From: an uncultured Candidatus Saccharibacteria bacterium
GTDB taxonomy: Bacteria; Patescibacteriota; Minisyncoccia; Phycocordibacterales; Zambryskibacteraceae
Direction of reading: 5' to 3'
DNA: 64,000 nt
NCBI GenBank assembly: GCA_964516975.1
Contig: CAZFAS010000001.1
Coordinates: forward strand, 118,500-182,499
Positions 1 through 8,488 of the stretch are shown here, in pieces; within the stretch, counting starts at the first letter, position 1, and each line of letters begins with the position of its first letter. The position numbers and the translations under genes are program-made. Under the pieces are notes generated by a model that saw only the letters and a program-made list of their open reading frames with translations, was not told where the DNA came from and did not search any database.

Positions 1-10
1 ACCGTATGAA

Positions 11-556
11 GTGATTCCTGAAATCACAGCTGATGAAGCGACAAGCACGCAAGCTACATCTACCCCACCCCAAAAGGTAGATATGGGGGAACCGGAAGTT
101 TCTGATGAAAGTCAAAAGAAAATTATTTTACTTGAAAAGAAAATTCTTTCGCTTGAAAAGCAAATTAAAACTCTTGAAGAGACAAATAAAAGTGTCGCTA
201 CAAAATACAATAGCTGTCAGGATTTCATTACAAGTGTATCAAAAGCCAAAGCATCACATAATCCATCAAATAATCCACAAGTAGAGGAAAAGCTTGAGGC
301 TCTTGATACAAAATTATTTGCACTCACTGATCCTGTTGAAAATTTATTGCAAAGTTACTCTGATTGGCAAAGTGTGCCAGTAAATAGATGGTATGTATTC
401 CCTTCTGCAGATCAAATTAATGTCATTGTCAGAAAATACAAAGAACTAGATCCTAATGTGCCACTTATTACCATGAGTGAAGGTGAGCCAAGTTCATTTG
501 GACCACAACTCATGTTACTAATTTCTCAGGTTAGAATGTATAAACAATACAGGTAA
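11..556 (+). CDS. hypothetical coiled-coil protein (may be N-terminally truncated by window edge)
   Basis: 181-aa ORF with heptad-like K/E/L stretch; no recognised family. Confidence 0.6.
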   Translation: MIPEITADEATSTQATSTPPQKVDMGEPEVSDESQKKIILLEKKILSLEKQIKTLEETNKSVATKYNSCQDFITSVSKAKASHNPSNNPQVEEKLEALDTKLFALTDPVENLLQSYSDWQSVPVNRWYVFPSADQINVIVRKYKELDPNVPLITMSEGEPSSFGPQLMLLISQVRMYKQYR

Positions 557-644
557 CCTACTCCGGTAAATTGCAAATTAATTGTATTTGTATACACTGC
601 AGAAAGATCATATTGTTCCTATCACTTATCAGTAGGAGGATGCC

Positions 645-914
645 ATGGAAAAGGAAAGGGATGAGATCACCGCATTGCGTAAATTGCTTTACAACAGGCT
701 TAACTACATTGCGGCATCACTAGAATCAACACTGCTACTTGTAGTTAGTTATACCCTTCTCTTTTTTACATACTTATCAGTCACTGAGCATATGTACTAT
801 TTGTCTTTTGTACTTGTACTATTTGTTCTTTGTTCTTTGAGACTCACCTACTACTCGTACAAAAGATTCATTACTCTGTTTATCGATGAATTCAAACAAA
901 AACCACCCAAATAG
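645..914 (+). CDS. small two-TM membrane protein
   Basis: AGGAGG upstream of ATG, two hydrophobic segments, ends in terminator hairpin. Confidence 0.65.
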   Translation: MEKERDEITALRKLLYNRLNYIAASLESTLLLVVSYTLLFFTYLSVTEHMYYLSFVLVLFVLCSLRLTYYSYKRFITLFIDEFKQKPPK

Positions 915-923
915 GGTGGTTTT
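899..923. terminator. bidirectional intrinsic terminator
   Basis: AAAACCACCC-AAATA-GGGTGGTTTT between convergent ORFs. Confidence 0.7.
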
Positions 924-1028
924 CTACTGACACGAATCACATATATACTGCTGACTCGGATCTTCAATATCTGGTAAATCCATAAACTTTGGCTGTGGCT
1001 TCACATCTTGTATTTGTTCTTCTTGCAT
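924..1028 (-). CDS. 34-aa acidic peptide ending in CDSCQ
   Basis: manual translation MQEEQIQDVKPQPKFMDLPDIEDPSQQYICDSCQ*, directly downstream of lexA, followed by terminator. Confidence 0.55.
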   Translation of the reverse strand: MQEEQIQDVKPQPKFMDLPDIEDPSQQYICDSCQ

Positions 1029-1069
1029 AATTTATAGTATGAATGAAAAATAAAATAAATACTTGTGGA

Positions 1070-1645
1070 TTAATATTTCCTAATAACTGCTTTTACAATA
1101 GCGGCAACATGGAAGCTCTCTGTTGGAAAAATGTTTCGAAACTTCTTGTTGGCAGGCTCAAGATAGGGTTTGTTACCTTTCTTGCGGTAATATTTCATGG
1201 TCCACCCGCCATCGACCTCTGCTATCACAATATCTCCCTCCTTTGGTGATCCAGAACGCTCCACGAGGACATAGTCACCTTCATTGATATGCGCATCGAT
1301 CATCGACTCCCCTTTCACTTCGAGTAAATAACTCTTCTCTTTATTTTCAACAAGAAAATCTTCAAGACTAATTCTATCCAGCTCATCTACTTCAGCCTCA
1401 CTTGGTATACCTGCTTCGACTAACCCAAGAAGTGGGATTTCCTCATATATTTGATTTGGGATAATCTTGCCTCGTGCATCCTTTGTAACGATACCTTCAT
1501 CGACAAGCCAGGAAATAAGCTTGTGTACAGAGTTCTTTGACTTAAAACCAAGAAGCGTCATGATCTCTTGATACCCAGGCATTCTTTTGTGCCGTTTATA
1601 AAAGGAGATGAGCTTATCTTTTTGTTCTACTTTTTTTGGATTCAT
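1070..1645 (-). CDS. lexA: LexA repressor (S24 peptidase)
   Basis: N-terminal HTH (MPGYQEIMTLLGFKSKNSV), Ala-Gly cleavage site VEAGIP, catalytic GESM Ser and TMK Lys; start moved to ATG at 1645. Confidence 0.92.
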   Translation of the reverse strand: MNPKKVEQKDKLISFYKRHKRMPGYQEIMTLLGFKSKNSVHKLISWLVDEGIVTKDARGKIIPNQIYEEIPLLGLVEAGIPSEAEVDELDRISLEDFLVENKEKSYLLEVKGESMIDAHINEGDYVLVERSGSPKEGDIVIAEVDGGWTMKYYRKKGNKPYLEPANKKFRNIFPTESFHVAAIVKAVIRKY

Positions 1646-1649
1646 ATAA

Positions 1650-1847
1650 TTAGAGTAAAAATGAAAGGAACCGCATTGATGCTTGAGGACGCTGTATCCG
1701 TGTAACATCTTGCAACATATTCATGAGAAGTTTGTGACGCTTTGCTTCCCTCTTGTATGGGATACCACGGATAACTTTTAGATCGATCTCTTCGTTAATG
1801 TGCTGTAATTCCGAAGAGAGAGTATGTATTAGTTTTTGTGTACTCAT
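1650..1847 (-). CDS. small hypothetical protein, first gene of lexA operon
   Basis: 65-aa ORF between the promoter/SOS box and lexA, 4-nt gap. Confidence 0.65.
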   Translation of the reverse strand: MSTQKLIHTLSSELQHINEEIDLKVIRGIPYKREAKRHKLLMNMLQDVTRIQRPQASMRFLSFLL

Positions 1848-1877
1848 TTTGGAATTTCAAATAATTTGTATATTCAT

Positions 1878-1906
1878 AGTATAAGTGAACTCTAGTTCAC
1901 CTGCAA
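1878..1906 (-). promoter_or_regulatory. sigma70 promoter (TTGCAG-17-TATACT) with LexA box GTGAAC-TCTA-GTTCAC in the spacer
   Basis: palindrome at 1885-1900 matches the GAAC-N4-GTTC SOS-box pattern and lies exactly between -35 (1901-1906) and -10 (1878-1883). Confidence 0.8.
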
Positions 1907-2026
1907 GAAAATTCCTGTGGATAACCATTTAAATTTGTTAATCTTTTAAAAAAATCTAAATTATGTAATCTATAAGTTAGGCAGGCACGCGGTCCACATA
2001 CAGAGAATCCAAGGAGTTACCAAAGG

Positions 2027-2200
2027 ATGAACAAGCATGAAATAAGGCGCGATGCTCGTGTACATTTGAATCGTAAAACTGGACTTCTGTTCAGTCGTGA
2101 GTCGAAGCAGAAACCTCAGCGTAAGAGTGTACGGCAACGCTCATTTACCCAAATTGTTAGCAGCGTTTTTTCTTTATACAAGAAAGTAACGAGAAAATGA
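2027..2200 (+). CDS. small basic hypothetical protein (57 aa)
   Basis: AAGGAG upstream, ORF MNKHEIRRDARVHLNRK..., followed by hairpin ATAGGTGCGAGT/ACTCGCACCTAT. Confidence 0.45.
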   Translation: MNKHEIRRDARVHLNRKTGLLFSRESKQKPQRKSVRQRSFTQIVSSVFSLYKKVTRK

Positions 2201-2292
2201 TCTATAGGTGCGAGTACAAACTCGCACCTATACTTTTTTTATGTATAATGCGAAAAGACAGTACATGACAAATTGAGCGTCTGGAGGAAGCT

Positions 2293-2430
2293 ATGGCTAA
2301 AAAGCACCTGGCGAAACAACTTAACAAGTGCAGAATCCTAGCAAAGTACACAAAAGGAAAGATCACACTCTCAAGGCAAAAAAGAAGCGGCCTGTTGCCA
2401 GAACGGCTTCATAAACCAGCAAAAAAGTGA
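2293..2430 (+). CDS. small basic hypothetical protein (45 aa)
   Basis: GGAGG RBS, ORF MAKKHLAKQLNKCRIL... Confidence 0.4.
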   Translation: MAKKHLAKQLNKCRILAKYTKGKITLSRQKRSGLLPERLHKPAKK

Positions 2431-2540
2431 CACCCGAGTCCAACAATGGGATCACAAAGCGCGACAAGTTCGCGCTTTTTCTTTTTTGCCTTACTATGCT
2501 GTTTATACTAAAATACGTCTATTCACTAACAAAAATAATT

Positions 2541-3206
2541 ATGTCATTTATAAAGAGAAATCTATGGGGTATCGGGTTTGCGGTTATTCTTATAGGAGCT
2601 TTCGGAGCTATGTGGGTAGCAGGAAAAAATACAAATATACCCTCTCCTACTGCAACGGTGACGAATACCACAAACTTTACATTTGCTGATGATGAATATA
2701 TTAAAGGACCTTCCACTGCGAAAGTTACACTCGTAGAATTTGGCGATTTCCAGTGCCCAGCATGTGGTCAGTATTACCCTATCGTTGAGGAGGTTATGAA
2801 AGCTCACCCTGATAACCTCCGAGTGGTTTTTAAACATTTCCCACTTACTCAGATTCATTATCGTGCACAAATTGCTTCACAGGCTGCAGCTGCTGCAGGA
2901 ATGCAGGGAAAGTTTTGGGAAATGTATGATCTTCTCTTTAAAAATCAAAATAGCTGGGTAACAAAAAGTGGTAATACCGAATTTGAAAATTACGCAACAC
3001 AAATCGGCCTTGATCTGAGTAGATTCCGAATCGATATTAGCTCACAAGCTGCAAAGGATCGTGTAGCGCGTGATCTTAAGCAAGGTATTGACCTCGGAAT
3101 AAATGGCACGCCAACATTCTTTTTAAACGGCAAACACATTGATAATCCAAGAAGTGTCGAGGAATTCAATAAGCTTATCGAAGAAGCAACTAAGACCGCA
3201 CAATAA
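2541..3206 (+). CDS. DsbA-family thioredoxin-fold oxidoreductase
   Basis: EFGDFQCPAC motif, FKHFPL, GTPTFF; N-terminal TM anchor; start moved to ATG 2541. Confidence 0.92.
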   Translation: MSFIKRNLWGIGFAVILIGAFGAMWVAGKNTNIPSPTATVTNTTNFTFADDEYIKGPSTAKVTLVEFGDFQCPACGQYYPIVEEVMKAHPDNLRVVFKHFPLTQIHYRAQIASQAAAAAGMQGKFWEMYDLLFKNQNSWVTKSGNTEFENYATQIGLDLSRFRIDISSQAAKDRVARDLKQGIDLGINGTPTFFLNGKHIDNPRSVEEFNKLIEEATKTAQ

Positions 3207-3208
3207 CA

Positions 3209-3658
3209 ATGAGTACATCAAAACCACTTTTCTTTGCGTTTATTGTTGTTGCTTTCCTTGGATTTCTAGACGCCTCATATCTTACTGCGCACCATTACAG
3301 TGGAGTCCTTCCACCATGCTTTATAACCCAAGGATGTGATGTAGTAACAACAAGTGCTTACTCAACGATGCTTGGCATTCCTGTTGCACTTCTTGGAACA
3401 CTCTATTACCTCACCGTACTCGTACTCGGATTTATATATATTGATAAGAAAAAGGACTGGGTCATTCTCAAGGCATTACCCGTTGTAAACACACTTGGTC
3501 TCTTGGCTTCCGCATGGTTCGTCTATGCACAAGTCTTTATCATTCATGCACTTTGCATGTATTGTCTTCTCTCCGCAGCATCATCAACGACGCTTTTTAT
3601 TCTCATGATATTTCTAAGAAAAAGAATACTCCAAGCAACAAAAAACCCTCTCGCTTAA
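3209..3658 (+). CDS. vitamin K epoxide reductase (VKOR) family protein
   Basis: C...GCDVVTTSAYS loop and CMYC motif, multi-TM, adjacent to DsbA. Confidence 0.92.
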   Translation: MSTSKPLFFAFIVVAFLGFLDASYLTAHHYSGVLPPCFITQGCDVVTTSAYSTMLGIPVALLGTLYYLTVLVLGFIYIDKKKDWVILKALPVVNTLGLLASAWFVYAQVFIIHALCMYCLLSAASSTTLFILMIFLRKRILQATKNPLA

Positions 3659-3691
3659 GGCAGAGGGTTTTTTGTTATAGATAGATAGCGA

Positions 3692-4105
3692 TTATTTCTT
3701 GGCGATATTACTATACTTTGCCCAACAAGGGGACGAGGCAATCCAAGGACGAGCACCTTCCTTCTCATAGAGGTATCTGGCATAGGCCATATTCCCCTCT
3801 GTAGTGTAGATGTCGTAGCCGAGTTTTTTTGATTCCTCAAGGTGATACATTTCATTGATTTGCATCACCCCAACGTCATATCGATTGGCTACACCTCGGA
3901 ATATCTTCCCATTCTTATCAACTTGTCTGAAGTGTGATTCACATCGCGCAATGTCGATCATGATAGGAAGGTCAGAGAAATATTGATTTACTTTCTCCTC
4001 AACCGTAAGTGGAACCGATTCTTCAGTACTCTGGGTACTATCTGTAGAATAACTTAAGTTATCTGCAATCATACCGTTTGTATTGAAGCCTGAAACAACT
4101 GCCAA
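3692..4105 (-). CDS. lytic transglycosylase-like (lysozyme fold) protein
   Basis: IARCES catalytic Glu, GVMQIN motif, GN..YA..LY; start uncertain. Confidence 0.75.
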   Translation of the reverse strand: MAVVSGFNTNGMIADNLSYSTDSTQSTEESVPLTVEEKVNQYFSDLPIMIDIARCESHFRQVDKNGKIFRGVANRYDVGVMQINEMYHLEESKKLGYDIYTTEGNMAYARYLYEKEGARPWIASSPCWAKYSNIAKK

Positions 4106-4557
4106 TAATCCAATAGTCGCAAGATTTAAAATACGTGTTTAGGTTATTGGTAATTCTGTCGTGTTCTGAAGTTGGAAAGATCAATTTTTCATGCTTTTGG
4201 TGTTGACCAAACATCACCAAAGCCTTGAAAAAATAAAACTCAGCTGTTAACTGAGTGATTAGATAATAGCAGATTTAAATGTCAATGTCAAGGATTTTTC
4301 ATGAAAATATAGCTATTATATGGCTCTATAAAGGCCTATATTTCATAATATCATTAGCCAACTTTTTACACTTTTTGTCCAAAAAGAAAGCGGGGTCAAT
4401 TCAAAACCCCGCTTGGCTTCTTACTTCCCTATTTGAGAGAGCTTTTTTTGCTTTTCAAGGCTCTCTTTTATCTCCTTAATCGATGCGGAAACGACTCGAA
4501 GGGACCTTTCGATCCTCTTAGCAAGAACCATCGCCCGATCTGATGTGCCTCTTACGC

Positions 4558-5046
4558 TCACATTACCTCACTTGATGATGGGGTGAATTTCGTGTGAAGC
4601 ATCCTGTGACGGGACATTTCCCATTCAGGTGTAGTCCCCAAGAATATCTTTGCACACAACTCCAAAGGATTCATGGGCAACCTTCGATTGATCTCTTGCA
4701 GGAATGCAACTCTATTTACTCCGTGGATAATAAAGACAGGCCCCTTAAGCGTGCATACCGGGCCGTTCATTTCAAACAATTCTCCCCGCATACCAAGCTC
4801 AATGTCAGGAAATGGCTCGAATATCGCAGTATCCTCGCTTTCTATTCCTGCCCTTAGAGCTTGCGACACTTTTCGCATCCAAAATACTTCAGGTAAAGCC
4901 TTACTTTGATACTGAGGATCAATTTGCAAAGAAGAAAGCGATCTACGATCAAGGACTCCGTATAGTGTCGCCATGCCATTTGGTGCCACAGCAACCGTTG
5001 GTCGAAACAACTTGACCTCTTCACAAACTGAAGTATCCATACCCAA
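4558..5046 (-). CDS. hypothetical protein, possibly degenerate DGQHR/ParB-like
   Basis: LQIDPQYQ, PDIELGMRG and FIIHGVNRV resemble the IIDGxQR motif region. Confidence 0.45.
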   Translation of the reverse strand: MGMDTSVCEEVKLFRPTVAVAPNGMATLYGVLDRRSLSSLQIDPQYQSKALPEVFWMRKVSQALRAGIESEDTAIFEPFPDIELGMRGELFEMNGPVCTLKGPVFIIHGVNRVAFLQEINRRLPMNPLELCAKIFLGTTPEWEMSRHRMLHTKFTPSSSEVM

Positions 5047-5134
5047 TACCTGTTAAATGTTGAAAGAACTTTTACTCAAAAACATAGTACATCCAAGGTA
5101 AATTATTTCAAGCTATAAATATTGAAATATAAAA

Positions 5135-5170
5135 TTGACCCCCAATCCGCCAAAGCAGACTGAGGGTCAA
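5135..5170 (-). terminator. GC-rich hairpin downstream of putative DGR target gene
   Basis: minus strand TTGACCCTCAGTCTGC-TTTG-GCGGATTGGGGGTCAA. Confidence 0.6.
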
Positions 5171-5190
5171 AGGGTCCAAGGGACAAAGGA

Positions 5191-5904
5191 TCAGGCTTGC
5201 GCCGGAGCCGAAGGTTCCGAGGATGAAAGATCTGAATTGCGAGAGAACACCCGGTCGAAATCACCCCACCAGACCGGGCCCTCGACGGAGCTCGCATAGA
5301 CGCCCCAGCCGTCGTCGCAGCAGCGCACGCGGACCACACGAAGCACACCTTTTTGGTCCCTGATGTAGAAGATGTTGGCGTAGCCGTTGTTCAGGAGAAC
5401 ACCGTATTCACCGTTCTTCTGCTTCTCCATCATGGAGAACATCTCCGTCAAAGTGGTTTCGGATTTCTCCTCGCCACCCAGTTCGGTGATTATGGGACCA
5501 TTAACTGAAGACTTCCGCAATTTGTGGTAGCGGAGCGTCTGTTCGCTGATCGGGTCTTCGGTTTTGCCGTCGCCTGAGAGGAACCAGTTTGTGAAATTGT
5601 CGCAGACTTCCAAGATCTTCACCGGATCGTTGCGCTTGGTGCTGACCGCGAACTTGTCTTTGGCGACGAACTTGCTGGTAGTTGCCAAGACCACGACAGT
5701 CGAGACGAGCTCGAGGATCGAGGGTGTGGGTTTCGGCTGCGCCACTTGCGTGACGTTGCCGTTGGTCCAGCACGGCTCCTTGCGGAGGAACTTCTTCAAT
5801 TCCGCTTCCCACTGGTCGCCGTATTGGCCACCGAGGTTCACGATGAGCTGATTAAGCGGTCCGGTCGTGAATTCGCGGAGCGCTCTGCTGAGCATGGTAT
5901 CCAT
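5191..5904 (-). CDS. hypothetical protein with C-terminal DGR variable-region-like segment (putative CLec-fold target)
   Basis: GC-richer than flanks; C-terminus VRVRCCDDGWGVYASSVEGPVWWGDFDRVFSRNS with NNY codons at alternating positions. Confidence 0.6.
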   Translation of the reverse strand: MDTMLSRALREFTTGPLNQLIVNLGGQYGDQWEAELKKFLRKEPCWTNGNVTQVAQPKPTPSILELVSTVVVLATTSKFVAKDKFAVSTKRNDPVKILEVCDNFTNWFLSGDGKTEDPISEQTLRYHKLRKSSVNGPIITELGGEEKSETTLTEMFSMMEKQKNGEYGVLLNNGYANIFYIRDQKGVLRVVRVRCCDDGWGVYASSVEGPVWWGDFDRVFSRNSDLSSSEPSAPAQA

Positions 5905-6114
5905 GGTCAGATTTCCTTTCTTTTTGGTTTCCTCTACGCCGAGGAGGCACTATGGGCCGGTGTGGTCATAGCGAGGAGAGGTCCAAGATTGAGCCACTTT
6001 TCGCTATGACCAACTTACAATTCGTATTAAAGAACTACTAATAATTATACAACTATAAGTTAAATTTGTAAATACAATACAAAAGCCGCAAACGATGTTT
6101 GCGGCTTTGTTCCC

Positions 6115-6288
6115 CTATCGTGGGACAAGGGAACCGACACTAGCAATGTTCTTGGTTGTACCAAGAATTGATTGCAAGGATTCAAAGAACGCGAGGAGGG
6201 TATTCTCGAATCCTGCAAAAACTCGCGGGATTAGGAACTTGAACATGATTATGGCAAGCCCCAAACCAAAGACTCTAAGTATTTTCAT
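6115..6288 (-). CDS. small membrane/secreted protein (57 aa)
   Basis: manual translation MKILRVFGLGLAIIMFKFLIPRVFAGFENTLLAFFESLQSILG...; hairpin downstream at about 6080-6111. Confidence 0.55.
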   Translation of the reverse strand: MKILRVFGLGLAIIMFKFLIPRVFAGFENTLLAFFESLQSILGTTKNIASVGSLVPR

Positions 6289-6485
6289 ACTTGTATCAAT
6301 GAGGAAAGCTCGGCTGTGACGGACGAGGTCACAACGTGCCCATAATCAGGCTGCCCCCCTCTTTTCAAAATAGAATTAGAATAGAGTATAAAGAATACAG
6401 CAATTCTGTTTCAAAAAGATTGGAGGTTCCGATGATGTTATTTCAAAAAACTATATACTATTTATAACATATAAATTGGAAAAAG

Positions 6486-6511
6486 AAAACCCCGCACGCA
6501 AGCGTGCGGGG
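6486..6511 (-). terminator. terminator closing guide sub-array
   Basis: CCCCGCACGC-AA-GCGTGCGGGG followed by U-tract on minus strand; identical copy at 8577-8602. Confidence 0.75.
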
Positions 6512-6512
6512 G

Positions 6513-7226
6513 TATGTGACAACTTGACTATAGTCCAATGGACATTCACTTGATCGTCACACACAGTTTCAGTACGAAGCAATCGTGTAATCGTCTTTCG
6601 ACAGTATGGGGATCGCTTCGCACCAAGATATGAGACATTGAGGTCTGCGTCTACACAAACAGAGAATCGTCTCATATCAAAAGAGCAGTTCGGGGGAAAA
6701 CATGAGCTGAAACGCTTTTACAAAGCACGAGAGCTCCCGTTCCAGTGACAAATACTACCTCGTAAATCAACATCTCGAATATCGTCACTTCCCCCTTTCT
6801 AAGTTACAGATATATAACCTAGAAAGGAGGCCCGACAAGCAAAGCTTGTCGGGCTTTGCAGAAAACATCAGTATTCTCGTTGTAAAACATTTTGACAATC
6901 GTCTTCTGCCAAAGCAAAATATCATTCTTTATATATAAGTCAACCCCCATACAAGCAAGCTTGTATGGGGGCGTGTGACAATGATTCGGTCGTCGTAGAG
7001 ACATCAAGTCCATCGTCACAAAATGAACTATGTTGTAAGACATGACGAAAGCCGTCAGACACGACAAGCATCAATTCGTCTCACAACATACAAAAGAACT
7101 TGACCTGAGAACATTCATACCGTCTTCACTTAGGAAATGAACTCGATCGTTCTCAGATCAATGAAATGTTGTTTTGAGACATTGGGTGAATCGTCACTAA
7201 GACAAACAGCCTATCGTCTCAAAACA
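6513..7226 (-). ncRNA. TIGR-like stem-loop guide array A (10 dual-spacer units)
   Basis: ten units of stem-ACA-N9-TCGT-loop-ACA-N9-TCGT-stem on plus strand, e.g. tgtg ACA acttgacta TAGT ccaatgg ACA ttcacttga TCGT caca (about 6515-6561); every spacer is 9 nt. Confidence 0.85.
6915..6943 (-). promoter_or_regulatory. internal sigma70-like promoter within guide array
   Basis: minus strand TTGACT-16-TATTTT with TG extension; near-identical copy at about 9106-9134. Confidence 0.45.
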
Positions 7227-7250
7227 AAGAACTTTAAAGTACTACTCGTT

Positions 7251-8441
7251 TTACACGACACTCCCTGCTTCGATCTTGCTCCACTCCTTGTAGAGCCACT
7301 CAGCAAACTTCGTCGCAGTCCTCCAGATCGCCATCTTGTGGATGTGACCCTTGGAGTATCGCTTCTTTCCATCTACCACTACTGGCTCAGGGTGACGGAC
7401 TGTGATCTGCGCCTTGATCTCTTTGAAACGAATACCCCATGGAGAATCAGGATTCTTGATGAACTGATCCATCAGAAGATACAAGCCCTGACGCACTTCT
7501 GCATTCCAGTTTGCGACCTGACCTCGCGAACGACGAGCAAGGCCGAAATTTCCATCCTTTCCCTTGCGAAGCCCGACGCCACAATACGACTTGAACTTGC
7601 TCTTATTCGGAAAGCGACGGACATCACCGATACCTGAGATGATTCGAGCTGCAATCTTGGGACCACAACCCTTCACCTCGGCAAGCACCTGAGTCCAGAT
7701 TGGAAAAAGGTCAAGTGTCTGTTCGACTGCCTTTGCGCAGCGAGCTTCTTCAGCAATGAGTGACTTCAAGGTAACATCATTTGCTTCCGCATCCTTGAGC
7801 CAAAGCTCAAGCGAACCCGCTTCGTACCAACCTTCACTGCTACAAAATATCTCGCCGATCACTCGTTGCTTCAGTCTCTGCTGACAGGCAATGCGTGCCT
7901 TACGAGCATCGACAAGACTGCGATACTTCCACTGAATCGAGATCAGATCTCGATCAGCAGGAGTCGTCTCAATGAAGTATTCAGGATTAGTAGCAAACAG
8001 ATCAATGAGTAGTCCCGCATCTTCATCCTTACTCCGCTCTTCTCGAGCAGACTTCAGATAAAATGCTGGAATACGCAAAACCTTTGCTCCAATCGATTGA
8101 CCGCGAAGCGAGAGCGCGTATGCGAAGTAATCCCCACTTCCACCAAGAGTCAAAAGCACTCGGTCTCCTGACCGCAAACCATCATACTCGGATGGAATCT
8201 TCCAACCGTTCTTTCCTTCACTGCGATGACTGATTTGAACATCAGAGGGAATACCCTCTTCATTTTCTACAGTCATCCACTTCACAGGAAATCTTCCGAC
8301 AAGAAAATCGTATTCATGAGACTCACTTTCAAGCTCATACACAGTTCGCTCTCCACCATGATCGATTACGATCTGTGTCGGCCTTGCTTCTCCATCTATA
8401 GTCTTCTTGACTCGATGACGAATTCCGATGAGGCGTCCCAC
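7251..8441 (-). CDS. IS110/Nop-domain RNA-guided protein (Tas-like, RuvC apparently degenerate)
   Basis: AGGAG RBS before GTG; C-terminal half has IS110 Transposase_20/Nop-type motifs (VKGCGPKIAARII, GDVRRF, KSYCGV, NWNAEVRQGLY, GHIHKMA); coiled-coil middle; flanked by dual-spacer arrays. Confidence 0.8.
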   Translation of the reverse strand: MGRLIGIRHRVKKTIDGEARPTQIVIDHGGERTVYELESESHEYDFLVGRFPVKWMTVENEEGIPSDVQISHRSEGKNGWKIPSEYDGLRSGDRVLLTLGGSGDYFAYALSLRGQSIGAKVLRIPAFYLKSAREERSKDEDAGLLIDLFATNPEYFIETTPADRDLISIQWKYRSLVDARKARIACQQRLKQRVIGEIFCSSEGWYEAGSLELWLKDAEANDVTLKSLIAEEARCAKAVEQTLDLFPIWTQVLAEVKGCGPKIAARIISGIGDVRRFPNKSKFKSYCGVGLRKGKDGNFGLARRSRGQVANWNAEVRQGLYLLMDQFIKNPDSPWGIRFKEIKAQITVRHPEPVVVDGKKRYSKGHIHKMAIWRTATKFAEWLYKEWSKIEAGSVV

Positions 8442-8488
8442 GTTACTCTCCTTGTAGAGGTTTCGTCCTGAAGGACATGGAAAGAACT

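Noticed and set aside
1431-1439. Self-targeting: one spacer (aatcccact) matches lexA, and tctgcatat occurs in several genes
   Set aside because: Single 9-mer matches are expected by chance in 64 kb, and I saw no adjacent match to the partner spacer; the search was not exhaustive
6301-6316. GAGGAAAGCTCGG as the start of an RNase P RNA core
   Set aside because: No downstream RNase P conserved regions, and the GC-rich stretch is only about 60 nt
6890-6898. Spacer ttttgacaa containing a -35 consensus, suggesting promoter targeting
   Set aside because: One or two such cases among 40 AT-rich spacers is not distinguishable from chance
7251-8441. Ordinary IS110 insertion sequence with a single bridge RNA
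   Set aside because: Twenty different guide-like units on both sides and apparently missing catalytic residues do not fit a simple IS; it cannot be fully excluded without structural alignment
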